DNA from: Escherichia phage ime09
DNA length: 64,000 bases
Sequence record: NC_019503.1
Strand: one strand, 5' to 3'
Shown here: piece after piece, positions 11,642-22,413 of the stretch
How the letters are laid out: every line of letters begins with the position of its first letter
Numbering within the stretch: position 1 is the first letter of the stretch
Position numbers and translations under genes: made by a program
The notes under the pieces: model-generated
Databases searched by the model: none
What the model was told of the DNA's origin: nothing
The model's input: only the letters and a program-made list of their open reading frames with translations

Positions 11642-12322
11642 TTATTTTAATGTTACGAAAGAAGAATTGCGTGTTTCACGAATTAGAACTGATCCGTCAC
11701 GGTTAATGTAGTAAATTAAGCTAAATAAAGTTTGATGTGCCGACGCGTGTTCAAAACTAGTTGGGTGAGATTTCCAATCCGGAGTTTCAGCAATCCACTG
11801 GTAAATCCACCAAGGAACAGTGCAGAATCCTGGATTTTTTCCAATCAGCTGAAGATTCGGACTAAAGTTTTCCGGAAGAGTAAATACAGACGGCTTTTCA
11901 GATTCAATAATCTCAGCTACAGCCTGTTCGAATTTTTCTTCAACAAAAGGAGTATCTTCAATCAAAACATCGGTATTTTCGGGAATTTTATCCATTTCGA
12001 CTACTTCAATTTTAATGTCAGATTTAACCGGAGAATCAATCAGAAGTGCTGCTTCTGGATTGACTTCTTCATCGTCATATTTTAATCCCTCTGCGGCATC
12101 AGCAGCATTGATTAAGTCTTTAATAGATAACCCATCAGTCTCTGGCATAGGTTCACTAGCGAGCTTCTGGAGGGCTTCTTCAATATCATTAACGATATTA
12201 TCAAAAGATTTATTCTTTTTGACCTTTATACCAAACTGTTCAGCATATTCAGCTAATTTAGCCTTAGCTTCTTTATTATCATCAAGAGCCTTCAGCTCTG
12301 CAATATAATCTTTATCTATCAT
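11642..12322 (-). CDS. inh: Inh, inhibitor of prohead protease
   Basis: 226 aa ORF directly upstream of hoc as in T4. Confidence 0.85.
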   Translation of the reverse strand: MIDKDYIAELKALDDNKEAKAKLAEYAEQFGIKVKKNKSFDNIVNDIEEALQKLASEPMPETDGLSIKDLINAADAAEGLKYDDEEVNPEAALLIDSPVKSDIKIEVVEMDKIPENTDVLIEDTPFVEEKFEQAVAEIIESEKPSVFTLPENFSPNLQLIGKNPGFCTVPWWIYQWIAETPDWKSHPTSFEHASAHQTLFSLIYYINRDGSVLIRETRNSSFVTLK

Positions 12323-12335
12323 AATATTTCCTCAG

Positions 12336-12343
12336 TATAAATA
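12336..12343 (+). promoter_or_regulatory. Late promoter box TATAAATA for uvsW
   Basis: Exact TATAAATA 30 nt upstream of uvsW ATG. Confidence 0.5.
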
Positions 12344-12372
12344 TAGATATATTTATTACATGGTATTTAGAC

Positions 12373-13884
12373 ATGACTGACATTAAAGTACATTTTTATG
12401 ATTTTAGTCACGTGAGAATTGATTGTGAAGAAAGTACATTTCATGAACTCCGTGATTTCTTTAGCTTCGAAGCTGATGGGTATCGTTTTAATCCGAAATA
12501 CAAGTATGGTCACTGGGATGGACGAATCCGTCTATTAGATTATAATCGCCTTCTTCCGTTTGGTTTAGTCGGGCAAATTAAAAAGTTCTGCGATAACTTT
12601 GGCTATAAAGCTTGGATTGACCCGCAAATTAACGAAAAAGAAGAATTATCAAGAAAAGATTTTGATGAATGGCTTTCTAAGTTAGAAATCTATTCAGGAA
12701 ATAAAAGAATTGAACCACACTGGTATCAAAAAGATGCAGTGTTCGAAGGATTAGTTAATCGTCGTAGAATTCTTAATCTTCCAACATCCGCAGGTAAATC
12801 TTTAATTCAAGCTTTGCTTGCACGTTATTATTTGGAAAATTATGAAGGTAAAATTCTTATCATTGTTCCAACAACTGCTTTAACAACTCAGATGGCTGAT
12901 GACTTTGTTGATTATCGTTTATTCAGTCATGCAATGATAAAGAAAATCGGCGGCGGAGCATCAAAAGATGATAAATATAAAAATGATGCACCGGTAATTG
13001 TTGGTACATGGCAAACTGTAGTAAAACAACCAAAAGAATGGTTCTCACAGTTTGGAATGATGATGAATGATGAATGCCATCTTGCCACAGGAAAAAGTAT
13101 TTCATCTATCATATCAGGTTTAAATAACTGCATGTTTAAATTTGGTTTGTCCGGTTCATTGCGTGATGGCAAAGCTAATATCATGCAGTATGTTGGAATG
13201 TTTGGTGAAATATTTAAGCCAGTAACGACTTCTAAATTAATGGAAGATGGACAAGTAACTGAGTTAAAAATTAATAGTATTTTTCTTCGCTATCCCGATG
13301 AGTTCACTACTAAATTAAAGGGAAAAACTTACCAAGAAGAAATAAAAATTATTACTGGGCTCAGTAAAAGAAATAAATGGATCGCTAAATTAGCTATTAA
13401 GCTTGCACAAAAAGATGAAAACGCTTTTGTCATGTTTAAACACGTATCACACGGTAAAGCTATTTTCGATTTAATTAAAAATGAATACGATAAAGTTTAT
13501 TACGTATCAGGGGAAGTTGATACCGAAACACGCAACGTAATGAAAACCCTAGCTGAAAACGGTAAAGGAATAATTATAGTAGCTAGTTATGGTGTATTTT
13601 CTACTGGTATTTCAGTTAAAAATCTGCATCACGTTGTTTTAGCACACGGTGTTAAATCTAAAATTATTGTATTGCAAACAATAGGTCGCGTATTACGTAA
13701 GCATGGTTCCAAAACAATCGCAACGGTCTGGGACCTCATTGACGATTGTGGCGTTAAACCAAAATCTGCTAATACGAAAAAGAAATATGTTCATTTGAAC
13801 TATCTTTTAAAACACGGCATTGATCGTATTCAGCGCTACGCAGATGAAAAATTTAATTACGTAATGAAAACAGTTAATTTATAA
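12373..13884 (+). CDS. uvsW: UvsW recombination/repair helicase
   Basis: 503 aa; helicase motifs (Walker A-like PTSAGKS, DECH box) visible; TATAAATA at 12336-12343. Confidence 0.93.
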   Translation: MTDIKVHFYDFSHVRIDCEESTFHELRDFFSFEADGYRFNPKYKYGHWDGRIRLLDYNRLLPFGLVGQIKKFCDNFGYKAWIDPQINEKEELSRKDFDEWLSKLEIYSGNKRIEPHWYQKDAVFEGLVNRRRILNLPTSAGKSLIQALLARYYLENYEGKILIIVPTTALTTQMADDFVDYRLFSHAMIKKIGGGASKDDKYKNDAPVIVGTWQTVVKQPKEWFSQFGMMMNDECHLATGKSISSIISGLNNCMFKFGLSGSLRDGKANIMQYVGMFGEIFKPVTTSKLMEDGQVTELKINSIFLRYPDEFTTKLKGKTYQEEIKIITGLSKRNKWIAKLAIKLAQKDENAFVMFKHVSHGKAIFDLIKNEYDKVYYVSGEVDTETRNVMKTLAENGKGIIIVASYGVFSTGISVKNLHHVVLAHGVKSKIIVLQTIGRVLRKHGSKTIATVWDLIDDCGVKPKSANTKKKYVHLNYLLKHGIDRIQRYADEKFNYVMKTVNL

Positions 13885-13899
13885 GGGCTTCGGCCCTTT
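13884..13899 (+). terminator. Hairpin after uvsW
   Basis: agggc ttcg gccct ttt. Confidence 0.5.
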
Positions 13900-13909
13900 G
13901 GAGAAAAAG

Positions 13910-14140
13910 ATGTTACTAGAATTTAAACAATTTCTTTATGAAGCTTCTATTGATGAATTTATGGGTAAAATTGCCTCTTGTCAAACATTAGAAGGTCTAG
14001 AAGAACTTGAAGCTTATTACAAGAAAAGAGTTAAAGAAACTGAATTAAAAGATACTGATGACATCTCTGTGAGAGATGCTTTGGCAGGAAAAAGAGCTGA
14101 ATTAGAAGATTCAGACGATGAAGTAGAAGAAAGCTTTTAA
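13910..14140 (+). CDS. uvsW.1: UvsW.1 small protein (76 aa)
   Basis: ORF track begins at TTG 13898; ATG 13910 is 7 nt after GGAG and gives 76 aa. Confidence 0.75.
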   Translation: MLLEFKQFLYEASIDEFMGKIASCQTLEGLEELEAYYKKRVKETELKDTDDISVRDALAGKRAELEDSDDEVEESF

Positions 14141-14195
14141 ATTAAAAAAGGCCCAACCAAAAAGGAAGGGCCAAAACTATAGACTAAAGGTCACA

Positions 14196-14363
14196 CTATA
14201 GCAAAAGTTGTGTTTCATTTAATTGTTCTTCCGAACTTTCTGAAACTGGTAGTTCTTTAATGTAATTATAACAAGGCCCAGGATGTACAGGACCTTTGTC
14301 TGTTTCAACAACCAATGCAGAATCGATTGGAGTTTTACAGACAACACAAATCTTATCTGACAT
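14196..14363 (-). CDS. Small Cys-containing protein, 55 aa (not in ORF track; uvsY-downstream small gene)
   Basis: ATG at 14363-14361 preceded by GAGGA with 7 nt spacer; translation MSDKICVVCKTPIDSALVVETDKGPVHPGPCYNYIKELPVSESSEEQLNETQLLL. Confidence 0.5.
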   Translation of the reverse strand: MSDKICVVCKTPIDSALVVETDKGPVHPGPCYNYIKELPVSESSEEQLNETQLLL

Positions 14364-14391
14364 GATTGTCTCCTCTAAATTATATATCTAT

Positions 14392-14616
14392 TTATATAAC
14401 TCTCATATGCATATCAATGCCCATATCTTTGGAATAAAAATATTCATCAAGATATCCGGCAAATTTTCCTTTAACATAAAGTACATCTTCACCACATGGA
14501 TGGTCGGCCAGGATACGAATATCCTGACGCTTGAGATTATACTTTTTCATTAAGAATTGAATTTCCGTTTCAAATTCTTCTTCATAATTAAAAGCATTGA
14601 TGATGCTATATCTCAT
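14392..14616 (-). CDS. Hypothetical protein, 74 aa downstream of uvsY
   Basis: ORF with stop/start overlap to uvsY. Confidence 0.6.
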   Translation of the reverse strand: MRYSIINAFNYEEEFETEIQFLMKKYNLKRQDIRILADHPCGEDVLYVKGKFAGYLDEYFYSKDMGIDMHMRVI

Positions 14617-15029
14617 TATTTTCCAGCCTCAAATGCTCGCATGTCTTGAATATGCTTAATAGCAAATCCGCGTGATTTAATAGCATCAAGAGCTCCGCTA
14701 CAGAAATCCAATAAAATTCCCCAATATTGTAATGAAGTATCAACTTTTAAAACATCCTTATCAGCTGATAGAACTGTCTTCATTTCTGATTTCTCATAGC
14801 GGTCCATACTAAATTCATCACCATCTCCTCGTCCCGAGTAGTAGTCTAATCTAGCTTTAAGAGCAACTTTTTTCTGTGCGTCAATTCTAAGCATTTCCTT
14901 TTTAATACTTGAATGCTTATTAAGCCATTTGCTATATAACATCACATTATTAGCTGCTTCATACTGTAATTTAGTCGAATCTATAAACACATCTTTCTTC
15001 AATTCTTCTTGAAGATCTTCTAATTTCAT
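14616..15029 (-). CDS. uvsY: UvsY recombination mediator
   Basis: 137 aa as in T4; MotA-box promoter upstream. Confidence 0.93.
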   Translation of the reverse strand: MKLEDLQEELKKDVFIDSTKLQYEAANNVMLYSKWLNKHSSIKKEMLRIDAQKKVALKARLDYYSGRGDGDEFSMDRYEKSEMKTVLSADKDVLKVDTSLQYWGILLDFCSGALDAIKSRGFAIKHIQDMRAFEAGK

Positions 15030-15067
15030 ATTGTTCTCTATTCAATTGTTATTGGATGGACTTAGAT

Positions 15068-15098
15068 TCATTATACCACGTTTATACGTGAAGCATTA
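15068..15098 (-). promoter_or_regulatory. MotA-dependent middle promoter upstream of uvsY (candidate ori(uvsY)/oriF-type element)
   Basis: Minus strand reads taaTGCTTcA (plus 15089-15095) then 13 nt then TATAAT (plus 15070-15075); matches MotA-box consensus and spacing. Confidence 0.5.
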
Positions 15099-15494
15099 TA
15101 CTCTGTTACTGGAAGCTAGTTGCAGTTTTATCTGCTCAATATCATCAGGGTTATCGATGACCGAAAAGCGTATTTCTACTATCAGAGTATAATCATCATA
15201 AACTGGTATTACATTAACTGCTAATTTATCAATACGTGGCTCGTAGTTTCTTACTGCGCTTTCAATGTTACGCTCAACAGTATCAGCAGTAAGAGGAGTC
15301 ATATTCTCAAAAAGCTGGTCAGATAAATCACATCCAAATTCCGGGTCAAATGGCCTTGACCCTTTCCTGGTTGTAATAATTCCTAAAAGGCTATTTTTAA
15401 TTGACCTTAATCCAAGAGATCTGGAAACGTCTTTGTCCCAATCCATTTTCATTTCTGGGTCAATGTCAGAATAAAGCTTATTAATATTTGCCAT
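15096..15494 (-). CDS. 25: Baseplate wedge protein gp25
   Basis: 132 aa as in T4, single-nucleotide stop/start overlap with gene 26. Confidence 0.93.
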   Translation of the reverse strand: MANINKLYSDIDPEMKMDWDKDVSRSLGLRSIKNSLLGIITTRKGSRPFDPEFGCDLSDQLFENMTPLTADTVERNIESAVRNYEPRIDKLAVNVIPVYDDYTLIVEIRFSVIDNPDDIEQIKLQLASSNRV

Positions 15495-16120
15495 TACAAT
15501 AGCTCAAAGAATTCTTTGAGTCCTCTTATTACATGAGCGTGAGTTTTTCCACACTCTGGACACTTAATTGGAACAGCCAAATAAACAGTAGGCTTTAAAA
15601 GCATATCTTTTATAGCTACAATATCTGACTCTGTGATGATAGAATATAAATCTTCCAATTCTTTTTCATTTAAGTCTTCAACTGGAATGCTTTCACCGTT
15701 AGCATGAATCGTTTCTATACATGATACTATCATGTGGGCTATATTTTTATCATCAAAAATTTTAGGGTAATGGAACTTAATTTTAATGTCACCCAGTGTA
15801 TACCAGAGGTCTTCTGGTGCATCTATTTGTGTATGTAATAGATTTATATGGGTTGGTATTTCAGTTCCACAGATGCACTTCCAGGAGTTTTCGTGATTAA
15901 CTTCTCCAAGAGAATGTGCCCATAAATGAATCAGCAGTAGTTCTGATTCTTGACGGTTTAAATCTTTTGCATTTGTACAGTCTTTGATTAGCTTTTTAAC
16001 GATCTCTTCTACTGAACCGTTCTTTTTAGCAGTAATAAGTTCTAGATATTCTTTAAGAGTAAATGCGCGACAGTTGATTATTTTAGAACCAACTCTCACG
16101 TCAAATTTGTATTCATACAT
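15494..16120 (-). CDS. 26: Baseplate hub protein gp26
   Basis: 208 aa, AAGGAG SD, divergent from gene 51. Confidence 0.9.
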   Translation of the reverse strand: MYEYKFDVRVGSKIINCRAFTLKEYLELITAKKNGSVEEIVKKLIKDCTNAKDLNRQESELLLIHLWAHSLGEVNHENSWKCICGTEIPTHINLLHTQIDAPEDLWYTLGDIKIKFHYPKIFDDKNIAHMIVSCIETIHANGESIPVEDLNEKELEDLYSIITESDIVAIKDMLLKPTVYLAVPIKCPECGKTHAHVIRGLKEFFELL

Positions 16121-16141
16121 ATTTAGCTCCTTTATTTATCA

Positions 16142-16153
16142 TATTTATAAATA
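16142..16153. promoter_or_regulatory. Overlapping divergent late promoters (palindromic TATTTATAAATA) for genes 26 and 51
   Basis: Plus TATAAATA 16146-16153 before gene 51; minus TATAAATA (plus TATTTATA 16142-16149) before gene 26. Confidence 0.55.
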
Positions 16154-16170
16154 GAATAAAAGGAGCATCT

Positions 16171-16920
16171 ATGGCAAACATTATTCGTTGTAAATTACCA
16201 GATGGTGTTCATCGTTTTAAACCATTTACGGTAGAAGATTATCGAGATTTTTTGTTAGTTCGAAACGATATAGAACATCGGTCACCACAAGAACAAAAAG
16301 AAATAATTGCTGATTTAATTGCCGATTATTTTGGAGACTATCCGAAGACTTGGCAACCATTTATATTTTTGCAGGTATTTGTAGGGTCAATAGGTAAAAC
16401 TAAAGTACCGGTCACATTTGTATGTCCAAAATGTAAAAAAGAAAAGACAGTTCCATTTGAAATATATCAAAAAGAATTAAAGGAGCCTGTTTTTGATGTA
16501 GCTAATGTTAAAATTAAATTAAAGTTTCCTTCTGAGTTTTATGAAAATAAAGCAAAGATGATTACTGAAAATATTCATTCCGTTCAAGTAGATGAAATAT
16601 GGTATGATTGGAAGGAAATTAGCGAATCAAGTCAAATAGAACTTGTTGATGCCATCGAGATAGAAACATTAGAAAAAATTCTCGATGCAATGAATCCTAT
16701 TAATTTAACATTGCATATGTCATGTTGTAATAAGTATGTAAAAAAATACACTGATATAGTAGATGTGTTTAAGCTATTAGTTAACCCAGATGAAATATTT
16801 ACTTTTTATCAAATCAATCACACACTCGTAAAAAGTAATTATAGCTTAAATTCAATAATGAAAATGATTCCTGCTGAGCGCGGATTCGTATTAAAACTGA
16901 TTGAGAAGGATAAACAATAA
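16171..16920 (+). CDS. 51: Baseplate hub assembly catalyst gp51
   Basis: 249 aa, SD aaggag, TATAAATA at 16146-16153. Confidence 0.9.
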   Translation: MANIIRCKLPDGVHRFKPFTVEDYRDFLLVRNDIEHRSPQEQKEIIADLIADYFGDYPKTWQPFIFLQVFVGSIGKTKVPVTFVCPKCKKEKTVPFEIYQKELKEPVFDVANVKIKLKFPSEFYENKAKMITENIHSVQVDEIWYDWKEISESSQIELVDAIEIETLEKILDAMNPINLTLHMSCCNKYVKKYTDIVDVFKLLVNPDEIFTFYQINHTLVKSNYSLNSIMKMIPAERGFVLKLIEKDKQ

Positions 16921-18095
16921 TGAGTATGTTGCAACGCCCAGGATATCCAAATCTCAGCGTTAAATTATTTGATAGCTACGACGCTTGGAGTAATAATAGA
17001 TTTGTTGAATTAGCTGCTACTATTACCACATTAACTATGCGGGATTCTCTTTATGGCCGAAATGAAGGAATGTTGCAGTTTTATGATTCTAAAAATATCC
17101 ATACAAAAATGGATGGAAATGAAATAATTCAGATTTCTGTAGCTAACGCAAACGATATTAATAATGTTAAAACACGAATTTATGGATGTAAGCATTTTTC
17201 TGTATCTGTAGATTCAAAGGGTGATAACATCATTGCTATTGAATTGGGAACTATTCATTCCATAGAAAATCTTAAATTTGGCAGACCGTTTTTCTCTGAT
17301 GCAGGTGAATCTATAAAGGAAATGCTTGGTGTCATTTATCAGGATCGCACGTTATTAACTCCAGCAATAAATGCTATAAATGCTTATGTTCCTGATATTC
17401 CATGGACTAGCACATTTGAAAACTATTTGTCGTATGTTAGAGAAGTTGCTCTAGCTGTAGGAAGTGACAAATTTGTATTTGTGTGGCAAGACATCATGGG
17501 AGTTAACATGATGGACTATGATATGATGATAAATCAAGAACCGTATCCAATGATTGTCGGTGAGCCATCTTTAATAGGTCAATTCATCCAAGAATTAAAA
17601 TATCCATTAGCATATGATTTCGTTTGGTTGACTAAATCGAATCCTCACAAACGCGACCCAATGAAAAACGCTACTATCTATGCGCATTCATTTTTAGATT
17701 CTTCATTGCCAATGATTACTACAGGAAAGGGCGAAAACTCTATTGTAGTGTCAAGGTCAGGTGCTTATTCTGAAATGACTTATAGGAATGGCTATGAAGA
17801 AGCTATTCGTCTTCAAACTATGGCACAATATGACGGCTATGCTAAATGTTCTACTGTCGGTAATTTTAACTTGACTCCTGGTGTTAAAATTATTTTTAAT
17901 GATAGTAAAAACCAATTTAAAACAGAATTTTACGTTGATGAAGTTATCCATGAATTATCCAATAATAATTCAGTAACTCATCTATATATGTTCACTAATG
18001 CAACGAAACTGGAAACAATAGACCCAGTTAAGGTTAAAAATGAATTTAAATCTGATACTACCACTGAAGAAAGTAGTTCTTCCAATAAGCAATAA
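16920..18095 (+). CDS. 27: Baseplate hub protein gp27
   Basis: 391 aa as in T4, ATGA-type overlap with gene 51. Confidence 0.93.
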   Translation: MSMLQRPGYPNLSVKLFDSYDAWSNNRFVELAATITTLTMRDSLYGRNEGMLQFYDSKNIHTKMDGNEIIQISVANANDINNVKTRIYGCKHFSVSVDSKGDNIIAIELGTIHSIENLKFGRPFFSDAGESIKEMLGVIYQDRTLLTPAINAINAYVPDIPWTSTFENYLSYVREVALAVGSDKFVFVWQDIMGVNMMDYDMMINQEPYPMIVGEPSLIGQFIQELKYPLAYDFVWLTKSNPHKRDPMKNATIYAHSFLDSSLPMITTGKGENSIVVSRSGAYSEMTYRNGYEEAIRLQTMAQYDGYAKCSTVGNFNLTPGVKIIFNDSKNQFKTEFYVDEVIHELSNNNSVTHLYMFTNATKLETIDPVKVKNEFKSDTTTEESSSSNKQ

Positions 18096-18573
18096 AGAAG
18101 TTTCTATTCCTAAAATGGGTCTTAAACATTATAACATTTTAAAAGATGTTAAAGGTCCTGATGAAAATTTAAAACTTCTTATTGATTCTATTTGTCCGAA
18201 TTTATCACCAGCAGAAGTTGATTTCGTTTCCATTCATTTATTGGAATTTAATGGAAAGATTAAATCTCGTAAAGAAATAGATGGTTATACTTATGACATT
18301 AATGATGTTTATGTATGCCAAAGATTAGAATTTCAATACCAAGGAAATACATTTTATTTTAGACCTCCTGGAAAATTTGAACAATTTTTAACGGTGAGCG
18401 ATATGTTATCCAAATGCTTGCTTAAGGTCAATGATGAAGTTAAAGAAATTAATTTTCTTGAGATGCCAGCATTCGTTTTAAAATGGGCAAATGATATTTT
18501 TACAACTTTAGCAATTCCTGGCCCTAATGGTCCAATAACCGGAATTGGCAATATTATTGGATTATTTGAATGA
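18040..18573 (+). CDS. 28: Baseplate hub distal subunit gp28
   Basis: 177 aa, ATG 18040 with AGG 8 nt upstream; overlaps 3' end of gene 27 by 56 nt. Confidence 0.82.
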   Translation: MNLNLILPLKKVVLPISNKEVSIPKMGLKHYNILKDVKGPDENLKLLIDSICPNLSPAEVDFVSIHLLEFNGKIKSRKEIDGYTYDINDVYVCQRLEFQYQGNTFYFRPPGKFEQFLTVSDMLSKCLLKVNDEVKEINFLEMPAFVLKWANDIFTTLAIPGPNGPITGIGNIIGLFE

Positions 18574-20342
18574 AAAAGCCACAAGAAATGCAAACGATGC
18601 GTAGAAAAGTTATTTCAGATAATAAATCAACACAGGAAGCGGCTAAATCCGCTTCCAACACTTTATCTGGACTTAACGATATATCTACGAAATTGGATGA
18701 TGCTCAAGCTGCTTCTGAATTAATTGCTCAAACTGTCGAAGAAAAATCGAATGAAATAATTGGAGCAATTGACAATGTAGAAAGCGCAGTGAGTGATACT
18801 ACTGCTGGTTCTGAGTTAATTGCTGAAACTGTCGAAATTGGCAACAATATTAATAAAGAAATCGGTGAATCACTCGGAAGTAAATTAGATAAATTAACGA
18901 GTTTACTAGAGCAAAAAATTCAGACAGCCGGAATTCAACAAACAGGAACTAGTTTAGCTACGGTTGAAAGCGCTATTCCTGTTAAAGTTGTTGAGGACGA
19001 TACAGCTGAATCCGTGGGTCCTTTATTACCAGCTCCTGAAGCAGTTAATAATGATCCTGATGCTGATTTTTTCCCTACCCCTCAGCCAGTTGAACCTAAA
19101 CAAGAATCGCCAGAAGAAAAACAGAAAAAAGACGCATTTAACTTAAAATTATCTCAAGCTTTAGATAAATTAACAAAGACTGTTGATTTCGGATTTAAGA
19201 AATCTATTTCAATTACTGATAAAATATCGAGCATGTTATTTAAGTATACCGTCAGTGCTGCTATTGAAGCTGCTAAAATGACTGCAATGATATTGGCTGT
19301 TGTTGTTGGAATAGATCTGCTGATGGTTCACTTTAAATATTGGTCAGATAAATTTTCACAGGCATGGGATTTATTTAGTACAGACTTTACTAAATTCTCT
19401 AGCGAAACCGGAACATGGGGTCCTTTATTACAGAGCATCTTTAGTTCTATCGATGAAATTAAAAAATTCTGGGAAGCGGGAGATTGGGGTGGTTTGACAG
19501 TAGCTATTGTAGAAGGGCTTGGAAAGGTTCTTTATAATTTAGGAGAACTTATTCAGCTTGGAATGGCTAAATTATCTGCTGCAATTCTTCGAGTCATTCC
19601 TGGCATGAAGGATACTGCTGATGAAGTAGAAGGAAGAGCGCTGGAAAATTTCCAAAATTCTACTGGAGCATCTCTCAATAAAGAAGACCAGGAAAAAGTA
19701 GCAAATTATCAAGATAAACGAATGAATGACGATCTTGGTCCAATAGCAAAAGGATTAGATAAAATTGCTAATTGGAAAACCCGTGCATCTAACTGGATTC
19801 GTGGCGTTGATAATAAAGAAGCACTAACTACCGACGAAGAACGTGCAGCAGAAGAAGAAAAATTAAAGCAACTTTCACCAGAAGAAAGAAAAAATGCTTT
19901 AATGAAGGCTAATGAAGCTCGGGCCGCGATGATTCGTTTTGAAAAATATGCTGATTCAGCTGATATGAGTAAAGACTCAACGGTTAAATCAGTTGAAGCT
20001 GCCTATGAAGACCTTAAAAAACGAATGGATGACCCGGATTTAAATAATTCACCGGCAGTTAAAAAAGAACTTGCTGCTAGATTTTCTAAAATTGATGCTA
20101 CTTATCAAGAGCTCAAGAAAAATCAGCCTAATGCCAAACCTGAAACTTCTGCTAAATCGCCAGAAGCAAAACAAGTCCAGGTAATAGAAAAGAACAAAGC
20201 ACAGCAAGCTCCTGTTCAACAAGCATCTCCTTCGATCAATAATACTAATAATGTTATTAAGAAAAATACTGTCGTTCATAATATGACACCTGTAACGAGC
20301 ACGACTGCTCCTGGTGTATTTGATGCGACTGGAGTTAATTAA
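18570..20342 (+). CDS. 29: Baseplate hub / tail length determinator gp29
   Basis: 590 aa, ATGA overlap with gene 28. Confidence 0.9.
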   Translation: MKKPQEMQTMRRKVISDNKSTQEAAKSASNTLSGLNDISTKLDDAQAASELIAQTVEEKSNEIIGAIDNVESAVSDTTAGSELIAETVEIGNNINKEIGESLGSKLDKLTSLLEQKIQTAGIQQTGTSLATVESAIPVKVVEDDTAESVGPLLPAPEAVNNDPDADFFPTPQPVEPKQESPEEKQKKDAFNLKLSQALDKLTKTVDFGFKKSISITDKISSMLFKYTVSAAIEAAKMTAMILAVVVGIDLLMVHFKYWSDKFSQAWDLFSTDFTKFSSETGTWGPLLQSIFSSIDEIKKFWEAGDWGGLTVAIVEGLGKVLYNLGELIQLGMAKLSAAILRVIPGMKDTADEVEGRALENFQNSTGASLNKEDQEKVANYQDKRMNDDLGPIAKGLDKIANWKTRASNWIRGVDNKEALTTDEERAAEEEKLKQLSPEERKNALMKANEARAAMIRFEKYADSADMSKDSTVKSVEAAYEDLKKRMDDPDLNNSPAVKKELAARFSKIDATYQELKKNQPNAKPETSAKSPEAKQVQVIEKNKAQQAPVQQASPSINNTNNVIKKNTVVHNMTPVTSTTAPGVFDATGVN

Positions 20343-20350
20343 GGAATAAT

Positions 20351-21445
20351 ATGGCAATTGTTAAAGAAATAACTGCTGATTTAATTAAAAAGTCCGGTGA
20401 GAAAATTTCAGCCGGACAGAGTACTAAATCAGAAGTAGCAACTAAAACATACACTGCCCAGTTTCCAACTGGGCGTGCTAGTGGTAATGACACTACAGGG
20501 GACTTCCAGGTAACAGATCTATATAAGAATGGATTATTATTTACTGCATACAATATGTCATCTAGGGATTCTGGAAGTCTTAGATCGATGAGATCTAACT
20601 ACTCTTCTTCATCTTCGAGTATTTTAAGTACAGCTAGAAACACTATTAGTAGTACAGTATCAAAACTATCAAATGGATTAATATCAAACAATAATTCAGG
20701 AACAATAAGTAAAGCTCCTGTCGCAAACATTCTTTTACCGAGATCTAAATCTGACGTTGATACGTCATCACATAGATTTAATGATGTTCAAGAAAGTCTT
20801 ATCAGCAGAGGCGGAGGTACTGCTACTGGTGTGTTAAGTAATATTGCTTCAACTGCAGTATTTGGGGCACTGGAAAGTATAACACAGGGTATAATGGCTG
20901 ATAATAATGAACAGATTTATACTACAGCCAGAAGTATGTATGGTGGAGCTGAGAATAGAACTAAAGTGTTTACATGGGATTTGACTCCACGTTCAACAGA
21001 AGATTTAATGGCTATTATCAATATCTATCAATATTTTAACTATTTTTCTTATGGTGAAACGGGTAAATCTCAATATGCTGCTGAAATAAAGGGGTATTTA
21101 GATGATTGGTATCGTTCTACGTTAATTGAACCTTTATCTCCGGAAGACGCAGCTAAAAATAAAACACTATTTGAGAAAATGACATCGAGCTTAACTAACG
21201 TTCTAGTAGTTTCAAACCCGACAATTTGGATGGTGAAAAACTTTGGTGCAACATCTAAGTTTGATGGAAAAACGGAAATATTTGGCCCATGCCAAATACA
21301 GAGCATCAGATTTGATAAAACACCTAATGGTAACTTTAACGGATTAGCTATTGCTCCAAACCTCCCTAGTACATTTACTCTTGAGATTACTATGAGAGAA
21401 ATTATCACGTTAAACCGTGCTTCTTTATATGCGGGGACTTTTTAA
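20351..21445 (+). CDS. 48: Baseplate-tail tube junction protein gp48
   Basis: 364 aa as in T4. Confidence 0.9.
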   Translation: MAIVKEITADLIKKSGEKISAGQSTKSEVATKTYTAQFPTGRASGNDTTGDFQVTDLYKNGLLFTAYNMSSRDSGSLRSMRSNYSSSSSSILSTARNTISSTVSKLSNGLISNNNSGTISKAPVANILLPRSKSDVDTSSHRFNDVQESLISRGGGTATGVLSNIASTAVFGALESITQGIMADNNEQIYTTARSMYGGAENRTKVFTWDLTPRSTEDLMAIINIYQYFNYFSYGETGKSQYAAEIKGYLDDWYRSTLIEPLSPEDAAKNKTLFEKMTSSLTNVLVVSNPTIWMVKNFGATSKFDGKTEIFGPCQIQSIRFDKTPNGNFNGLAIAPNLPSTFTLEITMREIITLNRASLYAGTF

Positions 21446-22410
21446 TGTATTCTTTAGAGGAATTTAATAATCAAGCAATAAACGCAGATTTCCAACGTAA
21501 TAATATGTTTAGCTGCGTTTTTGCGACAACTCCATCAACTAAAAGCTCTTCGTTGATAAGTTCAATTAGCAACTTTTCTTATAATAACTTGGGTCTAAAT
21601 TCAGATTGGTTAGGATTGACTCAAGGCGATATTAATCAGGGAATTACCACGCTAATTACCGCTGGCACACAAAAACTGATAAGAAAATCAGGGGTTAGTA
21701 AATATCTTATTGGTGCCATGAGTCAACGTACAGTTCAAAGTTTATTGGGCTCATTTACAGTTGGTACATATTTAATTGACTTCTTTAACATGGCATATAA
21801 CTCATCTGGGTTGATGATATATTCTGTAAAAATGCCAGAGAATAGATTATCCTATGAAACTGACTGGAACTATAACTCTCCTAATATTCGTATAACTGGG
21901 AGAGAATTAGACCCTTTGGTTATTTCATTTAGAATGGATTCAGAAGCTTGTAACTATCGTGCAATGCAAGACTGGGTTAACGCTGTTCAAGACCCAGTAA
22001 CTGGACTGCGTGCTTTGCCGCAAGATGTCGAGGCAGATATTCAGGTTAATCTTCATGCTCGTAATGGATTACCTCATACTGCAGTGATGTTCACCGGATG
22101 CATTCCAGTGTCAGTGAGCGCTCCTGAGTTATCATATGATGGAGATAACCAAATAACTACATTTGATGTTACTTTTGCGTATAGAGTCATGCAGGCTGGG
22201 TCGGTTGATAGACAAGCTGCGCTTGAGTGGCTTGAATCTGCTGCTATAAACGGTATTCAAAGCGTTCTCGGAAATAGTGGAGGTGTTACTGGATTATCTA
22301 ATTCGCTTTCACGACTTAGTAGATTAGGAGGAACTGCTGGAAGCATTTCAAACATTAATACTATGACGGGAATTGTCAATTCGCAAAGTAAAATATTAGG
22401 AGCAATATAA
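21445..22410 (+). CDS. 54: Baseplate-tail tube initiator gp54
   Basis: 321 aa, start overlaps gene 48 stop; followed by bidirectional terminator. Confidence 0.9.
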   Translation: MYSLEEFNNQAINADFQRNNMFSCVFATTPSTKSSSLISSISNFSYNNLGLNSDWLGLTQGDINQGITTLITAGTQKLIRKSGVSKYLIGAMSQRTVQSLLGSFTVGTYLIDFFNMAYNSSGLMIYSVKMPENRLSYETDWNYNSPNIRITGRELDPLVISFRMDSEACNYRAMQDWVNAVQDPVTGLRALPQDVEADIQVNLHARNGLPHTAVMFTGCIPVSVSAPELSYDGDNQITTFDVTFAYRVMQAGSVDRQAALEWLESAAINGIQSVLGNSGGVTGLSNSLSRLSRLGGTAGSISNINTMTGIVNSQSKILGAI

Positions 22411-22413
22411 CAA

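Noticed and set aside
14296-14553. 85 aa plus-strand ORF
   Set aside because: Overlaps the better-supported minus-strand 74 aa and 55 aa genes and has no SD
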